A DNA stretch of 64,000 bases from Candidatus Binatia bacterium (GTDB lineage: Bacteria > Desulfobacterota > Binatia > HRBIN30): NCBI GenBank assembly GCA_038245295.1, contig JBBRSP010000004.1, positions 267,137 to 331,136 on the forward strand. The letters are read 5' to 3'. Numbering within the stretch: the first letter of the stretch is position 1; each line of letters starts with the position of its first letter. Positions 19,204 through 29,705 of the stretch are shown piece by piece. The position numbers were made by a program, and so were the translations under genes. Below the pieces are notes generated by a model. The model ran no database searches. It saw only the letters and a list, made by a program, of their open reading frames with translations, and was not told where the DNA came from.

Positions 19204-19637
19204 CGGTAGCTCCTCCGTGGCGCACATGTTTGTCGGCGCCCGTGGGCGTCGGCGAACGGGGCGCACCGTAGCATTTCAAAAAACGTTCGACAGATAGATT
19301 CATCCGAATTGGACGAACGAAGCCCCGCACAGCCCTGCTCGGTCGGGCGGGGAAGTCACCTCCACCACGCAATACAGGCGCGCCACGCCCTCCACATACG
19401 TTGCCCATCCTAACCGCAGACTTTACCGAACGGCCATCGCTCTTAACCGTGCCTCCGCCTACCTTGCATTTCTATGAAAACGCGAATGAAAACCCTGCGT
19501 GTGGGCGAAGCAGTCGCTGGCAGGAGGGACGCCCGCCCCACCCTTTTGCCCGGACTGGGCCAGCTTCTGTCAGCTCGGCAAAAAGAGACATTCGCAATGA
19601 CACAGAGAATTGGATCGGTTAAAAAGGGAGGTCCATC

Positions 19638-20072
19638 ATGAGCAAGGAAAAGACGTACGAGGGCAGCTGCTTCTGCGGCGCGGTCCAGTTCTCCGTAAGT
19701 GGTGAACCGGCCGGCATGGGCTACTGCCACTGTGAGTCCTGCCGCCGCTGGTCGGCTGGGCCGGTGAATGCATTCACACTCTGGCCACCGGACGCGGTAC
19801 AGCTCACCTGCGGTGCCGACAACATCGGCACGTACAACAAGACTCCGAACAGCTGCCGGAAGTGGTGCAAGACGTGCGGCGGCCACATCTTCACCGAACA
19901 TCCCGGCATGGGGCTGACCGATGTCTACGCCGCTGTGATTCCCGACTTCCCCTACCAGGCCGGGGTGCATGTCCACTACCAGGAGACGAAGCTGAACATT
20001 CACGACGGGCTGCCGAAGATGAAGGATGTCCCGACGGAAATGGGCGGCTCCGGCCTGAGCGTCCCCGAGTAG
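19638..20072 (+). CDS. GFA (Mss4-like zinc-binding) family protein
   Basis: GSCFCG, CHCESCRR and CKTCG motifs; strong SD AGGGAGG. Confidence 0.92.
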   Translation: MSKEKTYEGSCFCGAVQFSVSGEPAGMGYCHCESCRRWSAGPVNAFTLWPPDAVQLTCGADNIGTYNKTPNSCRKWCKTCGGHIFTEHPGMGLTDVYAAVIPDFPYQAGVHVHYQETKLNIHDGLPKMKDVPTEMGGSGLSVPE

Positions 20073-20172
20073 CCCGAAGAAGCCTTCTTGCGCCTCATCG
20101 CGTCGTCGTGCTTAACGGCTCCCGTCGACCCGTCGTCTCTCCTGTTGCAGCACCACGGGTCGCGGGAGTCGC

Positions 20173-23121
20173 ATGCCTCAGAGCACACACGCGATCATGT
20201 TCGGTCCCTATCGGCTGGACGCCGCTGGTTCTCGACTCTGGAAAGGCGACGAGGCGGTGGCATTGCAGCCGCGCCCCCTCGCCGTCTTGTCCTATCTCGC
20301 CGCGCGGCCCGGTGACGTGGTAAGCCGCGACGACCTCATCGCCACGCTCTGGGGCGGCACCTATGTCACCAAGGCCGTCCTCAAGGTCGCCGTGCGGGCG
20401 ATTCGCGAAGCTCTGCAAGACGACGCCGAGGCGCCGCGTTACATCGAGACCGTCGGCCGTGAAGGGTATCGTTTCATCGGCGCTGATGCGGGCGCCGCGA
20501 CCAACACGCCGCACGCAGACGAGCCGCCAGGCGGCGCGACGATGTTCGGGCGCGGGCAGGATCTGGCCAAGCTCCATGCCGGGTTGGCTCGGGCGGCGGC
20601 AGGTACGCGGACGATCGTGTTCGTCAACGGCGAAGCGGGGATTGGCAAGACAACGCTTCTCGATCGATTCATTCATGAGGTGGAAACGACGCGCGCTGTC
20701 TACGTGGCGCGGGGACAGTGCCTCGACCAATACGGCCAAGGCGAGGCCTATCTTCCAGTTCTCGAGGCGCTCGGCCGCCTGGCACGCGATGAAACCAAAG
20801 GCGAGCTGCGCGAGACACTGGCGCAACATGCGCCGACGTGGGTATCGCAGCTGGCCGCACTCGATCCCAACCCTCCCGTACGCTGGCATGGGGACGACGC
20901 CATCACCACTATGCCGGCGCGCATGTTGCGCGAGATCGCCGACGCGCTCGAGGTCTTTACCCGCCAGAGAACGTTGCTCCTCGTCATCGAGGATCTGCAG
21001 TGGAGCGATCCATCGACGGTCGACCTGCTCGGCTATATCGCCCGCCGGCGCCAACCGGCCCGCCTCCTGATCATCGCCAGCCGCAGGCCGCTCGACTTGG
21101 CCAACGATGATCACCCGTTGCGCCGCGTCGAGCAGGAGTTGCTGGCAAAGGGATTGTGCGACGAGATTGCCCTCGATCTGCTGTCGCGCAACGAGGTGGC
21201 AGCCTACATTCAGTCTCGTTTCGCCGGCGCGCCGCCCGACGCTTTGCAGCGCTTGGCCGAGCGCGTCTACGAGCACACCGAGGGCCACGCCCTGTTCATG
21301 GTCAACATGGTCAACGATCTCGTCGACGGCGGACTGCTCTCCTGGCGGGACGGCCAATGGCATGTCGACGGATCCATTGACACCGCGACGGACCAGATTC
21401 CGAGCGGGCTGCAGGAGCTGATCGGCCGAATCATGCGCGGCCTGGCCCAACCTGTGCGTCAAGTGCTCGAGGCCGCAAGCGTCGTGGGCGACGAGTTTGC
21501 CGTCGCTGCTGTCGCCGCCGCACTACCAGTCGATCCTGAGCAGATCGAAGACACTTGCGAGCAACTGGCCTCTCAGGGATCACTCATCGTCGATACGGGC
21601 CTGGCGGAATGGCCCGACGGGTCGGTGTCGGGTCTCTATCGCTTCCGCCACGCGATGTACCGGCGGGTACTCTACCAAGGCATTGGGGCGGCGCGCCGTA
21701 TTCGTTTGCATTCCGCCATCGGACAGCGACTCGAGGCCGGCTATGGCGCGCGCACCGGCGAACATGCCGCCGAGCTGGCAATGCATTTCGGACGTTGTCG
21801 CGACCACGCTCGTACGGTCCACTTTCATGAACTGGCAGCGGCCGCGGCTCTCGAGCGCCATGCCGCGCATGAGGCCGTCAGCCATTGCGCCGCCGCTCTC
21901 GAATCGTTGGCGCAGACGCCCGAGACCCCAGAGCGAAGTCGCCGCGAGCTAGGTTTGGTTGTCGCCAGAGCGACACTGCTCATGGCAATCCGCGGCTACG
22001 CCGCATCGGAAACCGAGCAAGCTTTCGGCCGCGCCCGCGCGTTGTGTGATTCGCGGCCGGCGAGTCCGCAGCTGTATCCGGTGCTGCGTGGGCTGCTCTC
22101 GTTCCACCACGTCCGCGCCGAACTGAACGTGGCGCACACGCTCGGCGAGGAACTCCTCCGGGACGCAACCGAGCGTGCAGACGATATCGCCCTGCGTGTG
22201 CAGGCTCACTACGGTCATGGCGCGACCCTGTTTCATATGGGCGCCTTCGAGGAAGCACGGCTCCACTTGCGAACCGCGCTGCAACACTACGACGCGTCGA
22301 CGCATCGCCAGCACAACATAGGATACGGCGGCTACGATCCGGGCGTGGCCTGCAGCCTTTGGTTGGCATGGACCCTGGCCTTTCAGGGCGAGCTCGAGGA
22401 GGCGGCGCCGCTTGCTCATGAAGGACTGGCGTTGGCGCAACGGCACGGCGAGGCGTTCTCTCTGGCGTGGGCTCATTATGGCAGCGGTGTCTCGCAGCAA
22501 TTTTCCGGTGACTGGGTCGCCTCGGCGGCCGCTTCGGCGGAGGCCGTGCGATTGGCGGAGGAGTACGGCTTCCCGTACGTTCGAGGTATGGCCACGGTCA
22601 ACCGCGCCTGGGCGCTCATGATGCGCGGCGACAAGGAAGCCGGCATCGTGCTGCTCCGCGATGGTGTAGGGATGGTGGAGCGGACCGGCGCTACCCTCGG
22701 GCGACCGGCGTACCTCGGCATGCTCGCGGCGGCGGATGTCATCGAAGGGGACCCCAAATCGGCACTGGCACGCCTCGACGATGGCCTGCGCGAAATCGAG
22801 CGCAGCGGCGAACACCTCTACGAGGCTGGGCTGCTGATCGCCAAGAGCCATCTGCTGGCCGATCGCGTCGCTGGTAAACAGGCGGCGGCAAGTGCGGCAG
22901 AGGAGTGCCTACGGCGAGCTCTCGACGTCGCGCGCGCGCAATGCGCGCGTCTCCTGGAGCTACGCGCGGCGGTGGCACTTGCGCGGCATTGTCGCAACCG
23001 GGGACGCGATGCGGAAGCCTGGGAGCATCTCAACGCGGCGCACCAGTGGTTCGCTGATCGTCGCGCAGTGGCACCTGAAGTCGCTGCGGCGCACCGATTG
23101 CTCGCCGAGCTCCAGCGCTAG
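20173..23121 (+). CDS. OmpR-type winged-helix / AAA ATPase / TPR-like transcriptional regulator
   Basis: N-terminal wHTH (YIETVGREGYRF); Walker A GEAGIGKT; Walker B LVIEDLQW; helical C-terminus ending AQCARLLELRAA. Confidence 0.88.
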   Translation: MPQSTHAIMFGPYRLDAAGSRLWKGDEAVALQPRPLAVLSYLAARPGDVVSRDDLIATLWGGTYVTKAVLKVAVRAIREALQDDAEAPRYIETVGREGYRFIGADAGAATNTPHADEPPGGATMFGRGQDLAKLHAGLARAAAGTRTIVFVNGEAGIGKTTLLDRFIHEVETTRAVYVARGQCLDQYGQGEAYLPVLEALGRLARDETKGELRETLAQHAPTWVSQLAALDPNPPVRWHGDDAITTMPARMLREIADALEVFTRQRTLLLVIEDLQWSDPSTVDLLGYIARRRQPARLLIIASRRPLDLANDDHPLRRVEQELLAKGLCDEIALDLLSRNEVAAYIQSRFAGAPPDALQRLAERVYEHTEGHALFMVNMVNDLVDGGLLSWRDGQWHVDGSIDTATDQIPSGLQELIGRIMRGLAQPVRQVLEAASVVGDEFAVAAVAAALPVDPEQIEDTCEQLASQGSLIVDTGLAEWPDGSVSGLYRFRHAMYRRVLYQGIGAARRIRLHSAIGQRLEAGYGARTGEHAAELAMHFGRCRDHARTVHFHELAAAAALERHAAHEAVSHCAAALESLAQTPETPERSRRELGLVVARATLLMAIRGYAASETEQAFGRARALCDSRPASPQLYPVLRGLLSFHHVRAELNVAHTLGEELLRDATERADDIALRVQAHYGHGATLFHMGAFEEARLHLRTALQHYDASTHRQHNIGYGGYDPGVACSLWLAWTLAFQGELEEAAPLAHEGLALAQRHGEAFSLAWAHYGSGVSQQFSGDWVASAAASAEAVRLAEEYGFPYVRGMATVNRAWALMMRGDKEAGIVLLRDGVGMVERTGATLGRPAYLGMLAAADVIEGDPKSALARLDDGLREIERSGEHLYEAGLLIAKSHLLADRVAGKQAAASAAEECLRRALDVARAQCARLLELRAAVALARHCRNRGRDAEAWEHLNAAHQWFADRRAVAPEVAAAHRLLAELQR

Positions 23122-23280
23122 GCCATGGCTCGCCGCGGGCTACAATCGCGCCGTAAGCTAGTCGCCCTTCGCCGGTTGGCGTGTCCTCCGAGCCGGACTA
23201 CAGCAACGTCGTAGAAACCGCGCCAGGGGGAAGGCGCCGTGCCGCCAGTCCTGCTAGCAGCGCACCACGGGACAAACGGC

Positions 23281-24612
23281 ATGACGGAACGAACCGCAGC
23301 AGCAACCGAACCGCTCACTCGAGCCGAGCTACTGACGGCCTGGAGTGTTCTTTCCTCTAGTGATCGCCAAGCCGGCTTCTCGTTGCTGCCGCGGCCAGAG
23401 GCTGAAGATTTGTTCCTGGCGTTGCCGACGCGCGACCAGGCCACCCTGTTCCTGTCGTTTGCGCCCGAGGAGCGACGCTCCTGGCTGCGTCTACTGCCAC
23501 CCGACGACGCGGCCGACTTGATTCAAGAACGACCGCCGGGTGAGCGCGACATGTTCCTGGCCTTGCTCGACGATCCAACCCGTATGGAGGTGAGTGGCCT
23601 CCTGGCGTACGCCGAAGAACACGCCGGCGGATTGATGAACCCGAACTACGCGCGCCTGCGTCCGGAGATGACGGTCGCGGAAGCGATCAGCTATCTGCGG
23701 CGCTACGCGCGCGAGCACCGTCAGAGTACCTACTACTGCTATATCCTCGACACGAATCAACGGTTACTCGGCACCATCTCATTCCGCGAATTGTTCGCCG
23801 CCGAGCCTGATCAACAGATCACTGCCATCATGCGCACCGAGCTGGTCACGGTGCGCGACGACCAGGATCAGGAATCGGTAAGCCGGTTGTTTGCCTCGCG
23901 CCGATTTCTGGCGTTACCCGTGGTCAATGCTCAAGGCCAGATGAAGGGCGTCGTCACCATCGACGACATCGTCGACGTGGTTCAGGAAGAGGCAACCGAG
24001 GACATTCAAAAGATCGGCGGTATGGAGGCTCTCGACGCGCCCTACCTGGCCATCGGCTTTGGTCGTATGATCAAGAAACGCGGCGGCTGGCTGTCGGCGC
24101 TGTTTCTCGGCGAGATGCTGACAGCGACGGCGATGGGCTTCTTTGAAGCGGAGATCGCCAAGGCGGTCGTACTCGCTCTGTTCGTCCCATTGATCATCAG
24201 CAGCGGCGGCAACTCGGGTTCCCAGGCCACGACTCTGGTCATCCGCGCCATGGCGCTGGGAGAGGTCGGCCCGTCCGACTGGTGGCGTGTCATACGCCGC
24301 GAGCTCGCCTCGGGACTGGCTCTGGGCAGCCTCCTCGCCACCATCGGCCTCTTTCGCATTCTGATCTGGCAGAGATTGTTCGGCACCTATGGGGATTACT
24401 ATTTCCTGATCGCCATCACCGTTGCGGGCAGCCTGGTCGGGGTAGTCACCTTCGGCACACTCGCCGGCTCGATCCTGCCGTTCGTTCTGCGGCGCCTGGG
24501 TTTCGACCCAGCCAGTGCGTCGGCGCCGTTCGTCGCGACACTCGTCGATGTCACGGGTTTGGTAATCTACTTCACCGTGGCCAGCGTAGTGTTGCGCGGC
24601 GCGCTTCTGTGA
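23281..24612 (+). CDS. mgtE: Magnesium transporter MgtE
   Basis: MgtE N domain, AGGLM, CBS pair, GGNSGSQ, DPASASAPFVATLVDVTG. Confidence 0.95.
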   Translation: MTERTAAATEPLTRAELLTAWSVLSSSDRQAGFSLLPRPEAEDLFLALPTRDQATLFLSFAPEERRSWLRLLPPDDAADLIQERPPGERDMFLALLDDPTRMEVSGLLAYAEEHAGGLMNPNYARLRPEMTVAEAISYLRRYAREHRQSTYYCYILDTNQRLLGTISFRELFAAEPDQQITAIMRTELVTVRDDQDQESVSRLFASRRFLALPVVNAQGQMKGVVTIDDIVDVVQEEATEDIQKIGGMEALDAPYLAIGFGRMIKKRGGWLSALFLGEMLTATAMGFFEAEIAKAVVLALFVPLIISSGGNSGSQATTLVIRAMALGEVGPSDWWRVIRRELASGLALGSLLATIGLFRILIWQRLFGTYGDYYFLIAITVAGSLVGVVTFGTLAGSILPFVLRRLGFDPASASAPFVATLVDVTGLVIYFTVASVVLRGALL

Positions 24613-24626
24613 GGCTCACGACCCTC

Positions 24627-24723
24627 CGCAGGCTAAAGCCTGCGCCTACCACAAGCCCCACGACCCTCCGCAGGCTGCGCCTAACCCCAGGCAGGGAGCG
24701 GTAGGCGCAAGCTTCAGCTTGCG
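24627..24723. repeat. GTAG-type REP cluster between convergent genes
   Basis: Copy at 24627-24649, a deleted copy near 24669-24684, and an inverted copy at 24701-24723. Confidence 0.9.
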
Positions 24724-24729
24724 GACACC

Positions 24730-26895
24730 CTAACGCCCATACACCAGGCGACTTGGGCGCTCGATATCCAGCTGCACGCCAACTCCATCTTTCTCGATGC
24801 GCGCCGTCTTGCTGTTGAATGGCGTGCTCGCGAACGGACTCGCATGGCGCGGATAGTCAGTGAGTGCCACTTCGGCGCCCTTCACAGTAAACGGCGCCTC
24901 CCAACCGAACGTCACGTGCCCCTGGCTGGGGGACTGGTAGACAACGTTGAAACCACCGGCAAAACCGAGGTGCGTCGGCAATACGGTCACGTCGACCTGG
25001 GCCTGCGAAATGGCCGTGACGAACGCATCGAACGAACCAAAATCGGCTTTGCGCCCACATTCGACGATCCACACATTGTCGGCGCCGCCGTTGGCCACCA
25101 GATCGAACGGCTTCACCATGCCGTTTGTGGCGTAGACGGTTGGATCGTACACGAGCCACTCGGCCGGGCGATACGAATAGAGGGCAACGTATCCATCGCG
25201 AAAGCGACCGATGGTCCATGGTCCTTGCTGCCGCACCTCATCGAAATGATCCTGCGGGAAATATGCGTGTGTGTAAGGCTCGTAGTGGAAGAAGTCGAGA
25301 ATGCCCGGGTTCTTCTGACGGTATTGCGGCGCGTAGATATGGATCGCGACGTTGTTGTGCTGCGCCGTGCGCGGCATCGAGGCCTCGCCGGTCCAGTAAC
25401 TGCCTGTCTCCGTGTCCTGGTACCAATCCAGACTTTTGACGAGGGCGCGGAACGGATGCGTGGTAAAGACGATGGCGTTGGGATCTAAAGTCGCCTGCCA
25501 CGAGTGCACCTGCGAGGCGAACGACCCGTTACGATACGACTGCGCGCTCGACAACATGTAGTCAGCGTTGCGGTAGGTGTAGGTGTTCACTTCCTTCAGC
25601 AGACCAAAACTCAGCATGCGCGCCGCGCTGGCCGCGAAGGTCTGGGCGTAGGCAAGGTCGCCGGTGAAAGTCTGGAGCCCACTGAAGGGTGCGAAGTTTG
25701 CAGTTTCCCACAGGTTGTATTGTTCGAGTGTCTGCACCGTGAGCGGCACGACTTGCCAGGCCGTCAAGGCGCTCATACCCCACCAGACACTGAGGTCCTT
25801 CGGGTCGGTGAACGACAATCCATAGGGCGCCTGCGGATTCGCCTCGACCGGGCCAAGCTCGTTCAGCGCGATCCCCATACGCTCGCGATCAACGAAGGTC
25901 TCGGGTGAACGCGCCGCATCGAAGATGACCTGGGGCAACCGGTAACGCTTGGCGCGCGCAAACAACATCGCGCCGGGATCACCGGTGCTCTGGTATTCGT
26001 ATTCGGTGGTGTCGAAGAGTAGCTTGACCAGCCCCTGCGTGTCGTCGTCGAGCGACGACAGCTTGTCCTTCTTGTAAGAGCGGCCGTGTGTTGTCCCGAA
26101 GGCGCCGCGGAAGGTGTGTACGCCGATATCGAGCAACAGCACATCGAGGACCGCTGCCGCCTTGGTGCGGATCGCTGGATCGTCGGCGTACTCGACCAGA
26201 GTCAACAGCGGTGTCGCGTCCTTCTGGTAGTACACATTCGAGTGCCATTCGCTGAAGCCGAACCGCATGCGCAGGTCGAACCAACTCTGCAGCAACGCCG
26301 CTGCCCTGGCCTGATGTTCGCGTCCGGTTTTGCCGTCGCTGCCAAAGACTCGATCCGGATACTGCTGACCCATCAGATACTCGAGCGTGTGATAAATGGC
26401 CTCGTGGTTCTCGGTCCAGTAATAGGAGTTGTCGAGCATGCCCTGCGGCGTCGGATCGGTGTACCAGAATTTGAAATTGACGAGTGCCTGCTCGATCTTG
26501 TCGGTCAGACCGGGAGCAAGCATCGGGTTACCGCGATAGCCGAGCAGAACATTCAGGAGATAGAGCGCGTCGAAGTCGCGTGTGTCTTGCAACGCCGCCA
26601 TCTTGGCGAACTGATCGTCCCAGGCCGTGGCCGGCACCGCGCCATCGGCGACGTGGTACGTCGGCTCGCGCTGTTCCCGCTCCATGTGAGCCATGGCATT
26701 GAGCGGACCATCGGGTTGCCCATGGGCTGTAGCGAACCGTAGGTACTGCAACTCGCGGGCTTGCGACTCCGAGCGCGGCACAAAACCATCCGAGCTCGCG
26801 GCAGGGACGGAGCTCTCGCCATCGTCGCCGCAGCCGACGACAGTCAGGCACAAGACCGCCGAGAGAACCCAATGACAAAACGTGTGGCGCGACAT
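24730..26895 (-). CDS. Secreted lipoprotein of unknown function (possible heparinase II/III-like fold)
   Basis: Lipobox VVGC; helical N-half with WTENH and GFSEWHSNVYY; beta-rich C-half. Confidence 0.8.
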   Translation of the reverse strand: MSRHTFCHWVLSAVLCLTVVGCGDDGESSVPAASSDGFVPRSESQARELQYLRFATAHGQPDGPLNAMAHMEREQREPTYHVADGAVPATAWDDQFAKMAALQDTRDFDALYLLNVLLGYRGNPMLAPGLTDKIEQALVNFKFWYTDPTPQGMLDNSYYWTENHEAIYHTLEYLMGQQYPDRVFGSDGKTGREHQARAAALLQSWFDLRMRFGFSEWHSNVYYQKDATPLLTLVEYADDPAIRTKAAAVLDVLLLDIGVHTFRGAFGTTHGRSYKKDKLSSLDDDTQGLVKLLFDTTEYEYQSTGDPGAMLFARAKRYRLPQVIFDAARSPETFVDRERMGIALNELGPVEANPQAPYGLSFTDPKDLSVWWGMSALTAWQVVPLTVQTLEQYNLWETANFAPFSGLQTFTGDLAYAQTFAASAARMLSFGLLKEVNTYTYRNADYMLSSAQSYRNGSFASQVHSWQATLDPNAIVFTTHPFRALVKSLDWYQDTETGSYWTGEASMPRTAQHNNVAIHIYAPQYRQKNPGILDFFHYEPYTHAYFPQDHFDEVRQQGPWTIGRFRDGYVALYSYRPAEWLVYDPTVYATNGMVKPFDLVANGGADNVWIVECGRKADFGSFDAFVTAISQAQVDVTVLPTHLGFAGGFNVVYQSPSQGHVTFGWEAPFTVKGAEVALTDYPRHASPFASTPFNSKTARIEKDGVGVQLDIERPSRLVYGR

Positions 26896-26927
26896 GCGCT
26901 TGCTCTACGCGCCTGTCCGCACGCCAG

Positions 26928-27890
26928 TCAAGACGAAGGCTTGGCGGCTCCGAACAATGCGCCGACACGATAGACAGGTTTGCCCTGCGACTCGTGATAG
27001 GTCCGCACCAGAAGCTCGCCCAACAAACCCATCGTGATGAACTGCATGCCCATGAGCACCAGAAGGATACCGAGCCAGACGATCGGGCGATTGGCGAGAG
27101 GGATGCCTAGGAAGATGCGCTCGAAACCGAGGAGCGCGGTGATGAGCGCGCCGATGCCGCCCGTGACCAGACCAACGACACCGAAGACCTGAATCGGCCG
27201 TGTCGAGTAACTCGACATGAACTTTACGGTAATCAGGTCGAGGATGACCCGGATGGTGCGCGAGAGGCCATACTTGGAGGTGCCGAAGCGGCGCGGGCGG
27301 TGATGGACGACAACCTCGGCGATTCGCGCCCCGACGTCATCCGCCAGCGCCGGGATAAACCGATGCATCTCGCCATACAGGCGTAAGCCTTGCACCACCT
27401 CACGACGTAACACCTTCAGCGTGCACCCGTAGTCGTGCAGGCGGACACCGGTGATGCGACCAATCAGAGCGTTCGCCATCATCGAGGGAACGAGGCGGGT
27501 CCAGTACGAGTCGTGACGCGGATAACGCCAACCCGCGACCACGTCATACCCGTCGCGCAACCGCTTGAGCATTGGCCCGATGTCGGCCGGATCGTTTTGG
27601 CCGTCAGCGTCCATGGCGACGATGACGTCTCCACGCGCGTGGGCGAAGCCAGCCGCCATGGCGGCGGTCTGGCCGAAGTTGCGCGCCAGCCGAATTACAC
27701 CAACTCGGTTGTCCTGCTGCGCCAGCTGCTCCAGCTTCTCAGGACTGCCGTCGCTGCTGCCGTCGTCGATGAACAGCACTTCAAACGGCTCGCCAAGCGC
27801 CTCCATGGCACGCACGATCTCGGCATGTAGGGGCTGAACATTGTCCGTCTCGTTGAAGACAGGGATGACGATGGAGATAGCCGGCGTCAT
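26928..27890 (-). CDS. GT2 polyprenol-phosphate glycosyltransferase (ArnC/DPM1-like)
   Basis: VIPVFNE, DDGSSD, RNFGQTAA and DADGQNDP motifs; two C-terminal TMs. Confidence 0.92.
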   Translation of the reverse strand: MTPAISIVIPVFNETDNVQPLHAEIVRAMEALGEPFEVLFIDDGSSDGSPEKLEQLAQQDNRVGVIRLARNFGQTAAMAAGFAHARGDVIVAMDADGQNDPADIGPMLKRLRDGYDVVAGWRYPRHDSYWTRLVPSMMANALIGRITGVRLHDYGCTLKVLRREVVQGLRLYGEMHRFIPALADDVGARIAEVVVHHRPRRFGTSKYGLSRTIRVILDLITVKFMSSYSTRPIQVFGVVGLVTGGIGALITALLGFERIFLGIPLANRPIVWLGILLVLMGMQFITMGLLGELLVRTYHESQGKPVYRVGALFGAAKPSS

Positions 27891-28795
27891 GATCCTTCGA
27901 TGTCGGTGAGGGCGACGAACTGACGATACCGTTTGTCGATCTCTTCTTGCGTCAACCGTTTCAGGCGATTCATGCCAAAATCCTCGACGGTGAACGATGC
28001 CATGACACTGCCGCAGACGATCGCACGTCTCAGACCTTTCTCGCTGCTATCACCTGAGCGGGCCAGCTCACCCATCAAGCCACCGGCAAAGGTATCCCCG
28101 GCGCCGGTCGGATCGAACACATCTTCAAGAGGAAATGCCGGAACGGCGAAGACCGAGTCGGACGAGAATTGAATGCATCCGTACTCGCCACGCTTGATGA
28201 GCACGCGCGGCGGGCCCATTTCAATGAGCTTGCGGGCGGCCTTGACGATGTTCTTCTCGCCGGACAGCTGGCGCGCCTCTTCGTCGTTGATGACCAGCAG
28301 GCCAACTCGACTGAGCAGCGCCACCAGCGGCTCGCGCGCCGCATCGATCCAATGGTTCATCGTGTCGACACCGACGAGCCCGGGGTTCTTCACTTGATCG
28401 AGCACCATCGCCTGCAGGGTCGGATCGATATTGGCGAGGAAGAGAAACTTCGCGTCGCGATACGAGGCCGGCAGGTTAGGCTTGAAGTCGGCAAACACAC
28501 CGAGGTCGAGAGACAGCGTGTCGCGCTGGTTCATGTCTTCGTGGTAACGCCCGCTCCAGCTGCCCGTGCGCCCGGGGCGCGCCTCGAGGCCGGCGACGTC
28601 GATGCCGCGCTTGACGAAGAAGTCACGATCACTCTGGGGAAAGTCATCCCCGACGGTCGCAACCATCTTCACCGGCGCAAAAAAACTGGCGGCGACAGCA
28701 AAATACGATGCCGCCCCACCCAGCACACGCTCCGCCTTGCCATGCGGAGTCTCCAGATTATCGATAAAAATCGAGCCGACAACAACGATACTCAC
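27887..28795 (-). CDS. PfkB-family sugar/nucleoside kinase
   Basis: GGAASY, NDEEA and DPTGAGDTFAGG motifs. GTG start. Confidence 0.92.
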   Translation of the reverse strand: MSIVVVGSIFIDNLETPHGKAERVLGGAASYFAVAASFFAPVKMVATVGDDFPQSDRDFFVKRGIDVAGLEARPGRTGSWSGRYHEDMNQRDTLSLDLGVFADFKPNLPASYRDAKFLFLANIDPTLQAMVLDQVKNPGLVGVDTMNHWIDAAREPLVALLSRVGLLVINDEEARQLSGEKNIVKAARKLIEMGPPRVLIKRGEYGCIQFSSDSVFAVPAFPLEDVFDPTGAGDTFAGGLMGELARSGDSSEKGLRRAIVCGSVMASFTVEDFGMNRLKRLTQEEIDKRYRQFVALTDIEGS

Positions 28796-28842
28796 TCAAT
28801 CCTCCCACAGGAACGTACGAGCAAAGTTCCACTCTTCACTCT

Positions 28843-29697
28843 TCAAACGTATTTGCCGATGATCGGCTGCAGATCCTTTTTGACCGCCGCCGGGATACAC
28901 GCCCGATCAGTGATGATCGCGTTGGCAAGAGCCGACCCGCAGGCACACGGGCGCTCCTCCGGTAGCGACAGAACGGTCGCGGCAATCACCTTTTGGGCCA
29001 TCGCGACGTTCTGCGACAAGACGCGCAGGATATCTTCGATCGCCACATCCTCTTCGCTCTCGTGCCAGCAATCGTAATCGGTCGCCAGCGCCAGCGTCGC
29101 AAAACACAGCTCGGCTTCCCGCGCCAGCTTGGCCTCCTGCAGGTTGGTCATGCCGATGATGTGTGCACCCCATTGGCGGTACAGGTGTGACTCCGCTCGC
29201 GTCGAAAACTGCGGCCCTTCCATACACAGGTACGTTCCGCCTTTGTGCACCGTGGCACCCTCGCGCCGCGCTGCTTCGTAGAGGCTGTCGCAGAGAGGAG
29301 CGCACACCGGGTCGGCGAACATGACGTGGGCGACAACACCATTCCCGAAGAAGGTGCTCGGGCGTCGATAGGTTCGATCAATGAACTGATCCGGCACGAC
29401 GAGGTGGCCCGGGCGAATCTCCTCGCGCAGGGAGCCGACGGCCCCGACGGCAAGGATTGTATCGGCGCCGAGAGTCTTCATCCCGAAGATGTTGGCGCGG
29501 AAGTTCAGCTCGGAGGGCAAGATACGATGACCGCGCCCGTGACGCGGCAAAAAGATGAGGCGCACCGCGCCGAGGGTCCCGACAATGTAGGAGTCCGAGG
29601 GTTCACCGAAGGGCGTGGCGACAGAAATCTCTTCGACCCCCGACAGCCCAGCCATCTCGTACAAGCCACTCCCGCCAATCACACCTACGGTTCGCAC
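28843..29697 (-). CDS. mtnP: S-methyl-5'-thioadenosine phosphorylase
   Basis: GVIGGSGLY, RHGRGH, EGPQFSTRAES, GMT and TDYDCWH motifs. Confidence 0.93.
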   Translation of the reverse strand: MRTVGVIGGSGLYEMAGLSGVEEISVATPFGEPSDSYIVGTLGAVRLIFLPRHGRGHRILPSELNFRANIFGMKTLGADTILAVGAVGSLREEIRPGHLVVPDQFIDRTYRRPSTFFGNGVVAHVMFADPVCAPLCDSLYEAARREGATVHKGGTYLCMEGPQFSTRAESHLYRQWGAHIIGMTNLQEAKLAREAELCFATLALATDYDCWHESEEDVAIEDILRVLSQNVAMAQKVIAATVLSLPEERPCACGSALANAIITDRACIPAAVKKDLQPIIGKYV

Positions 29698-29705
29698 GTT
29701 GGACC

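Noticed and set aside
23122..23280. Mg2+ (M-box) riboswitch upstream of mgtE
   Set aside because: The region is short and I see no recognisable aptamer or terminator; an Rfam scan would be needed.
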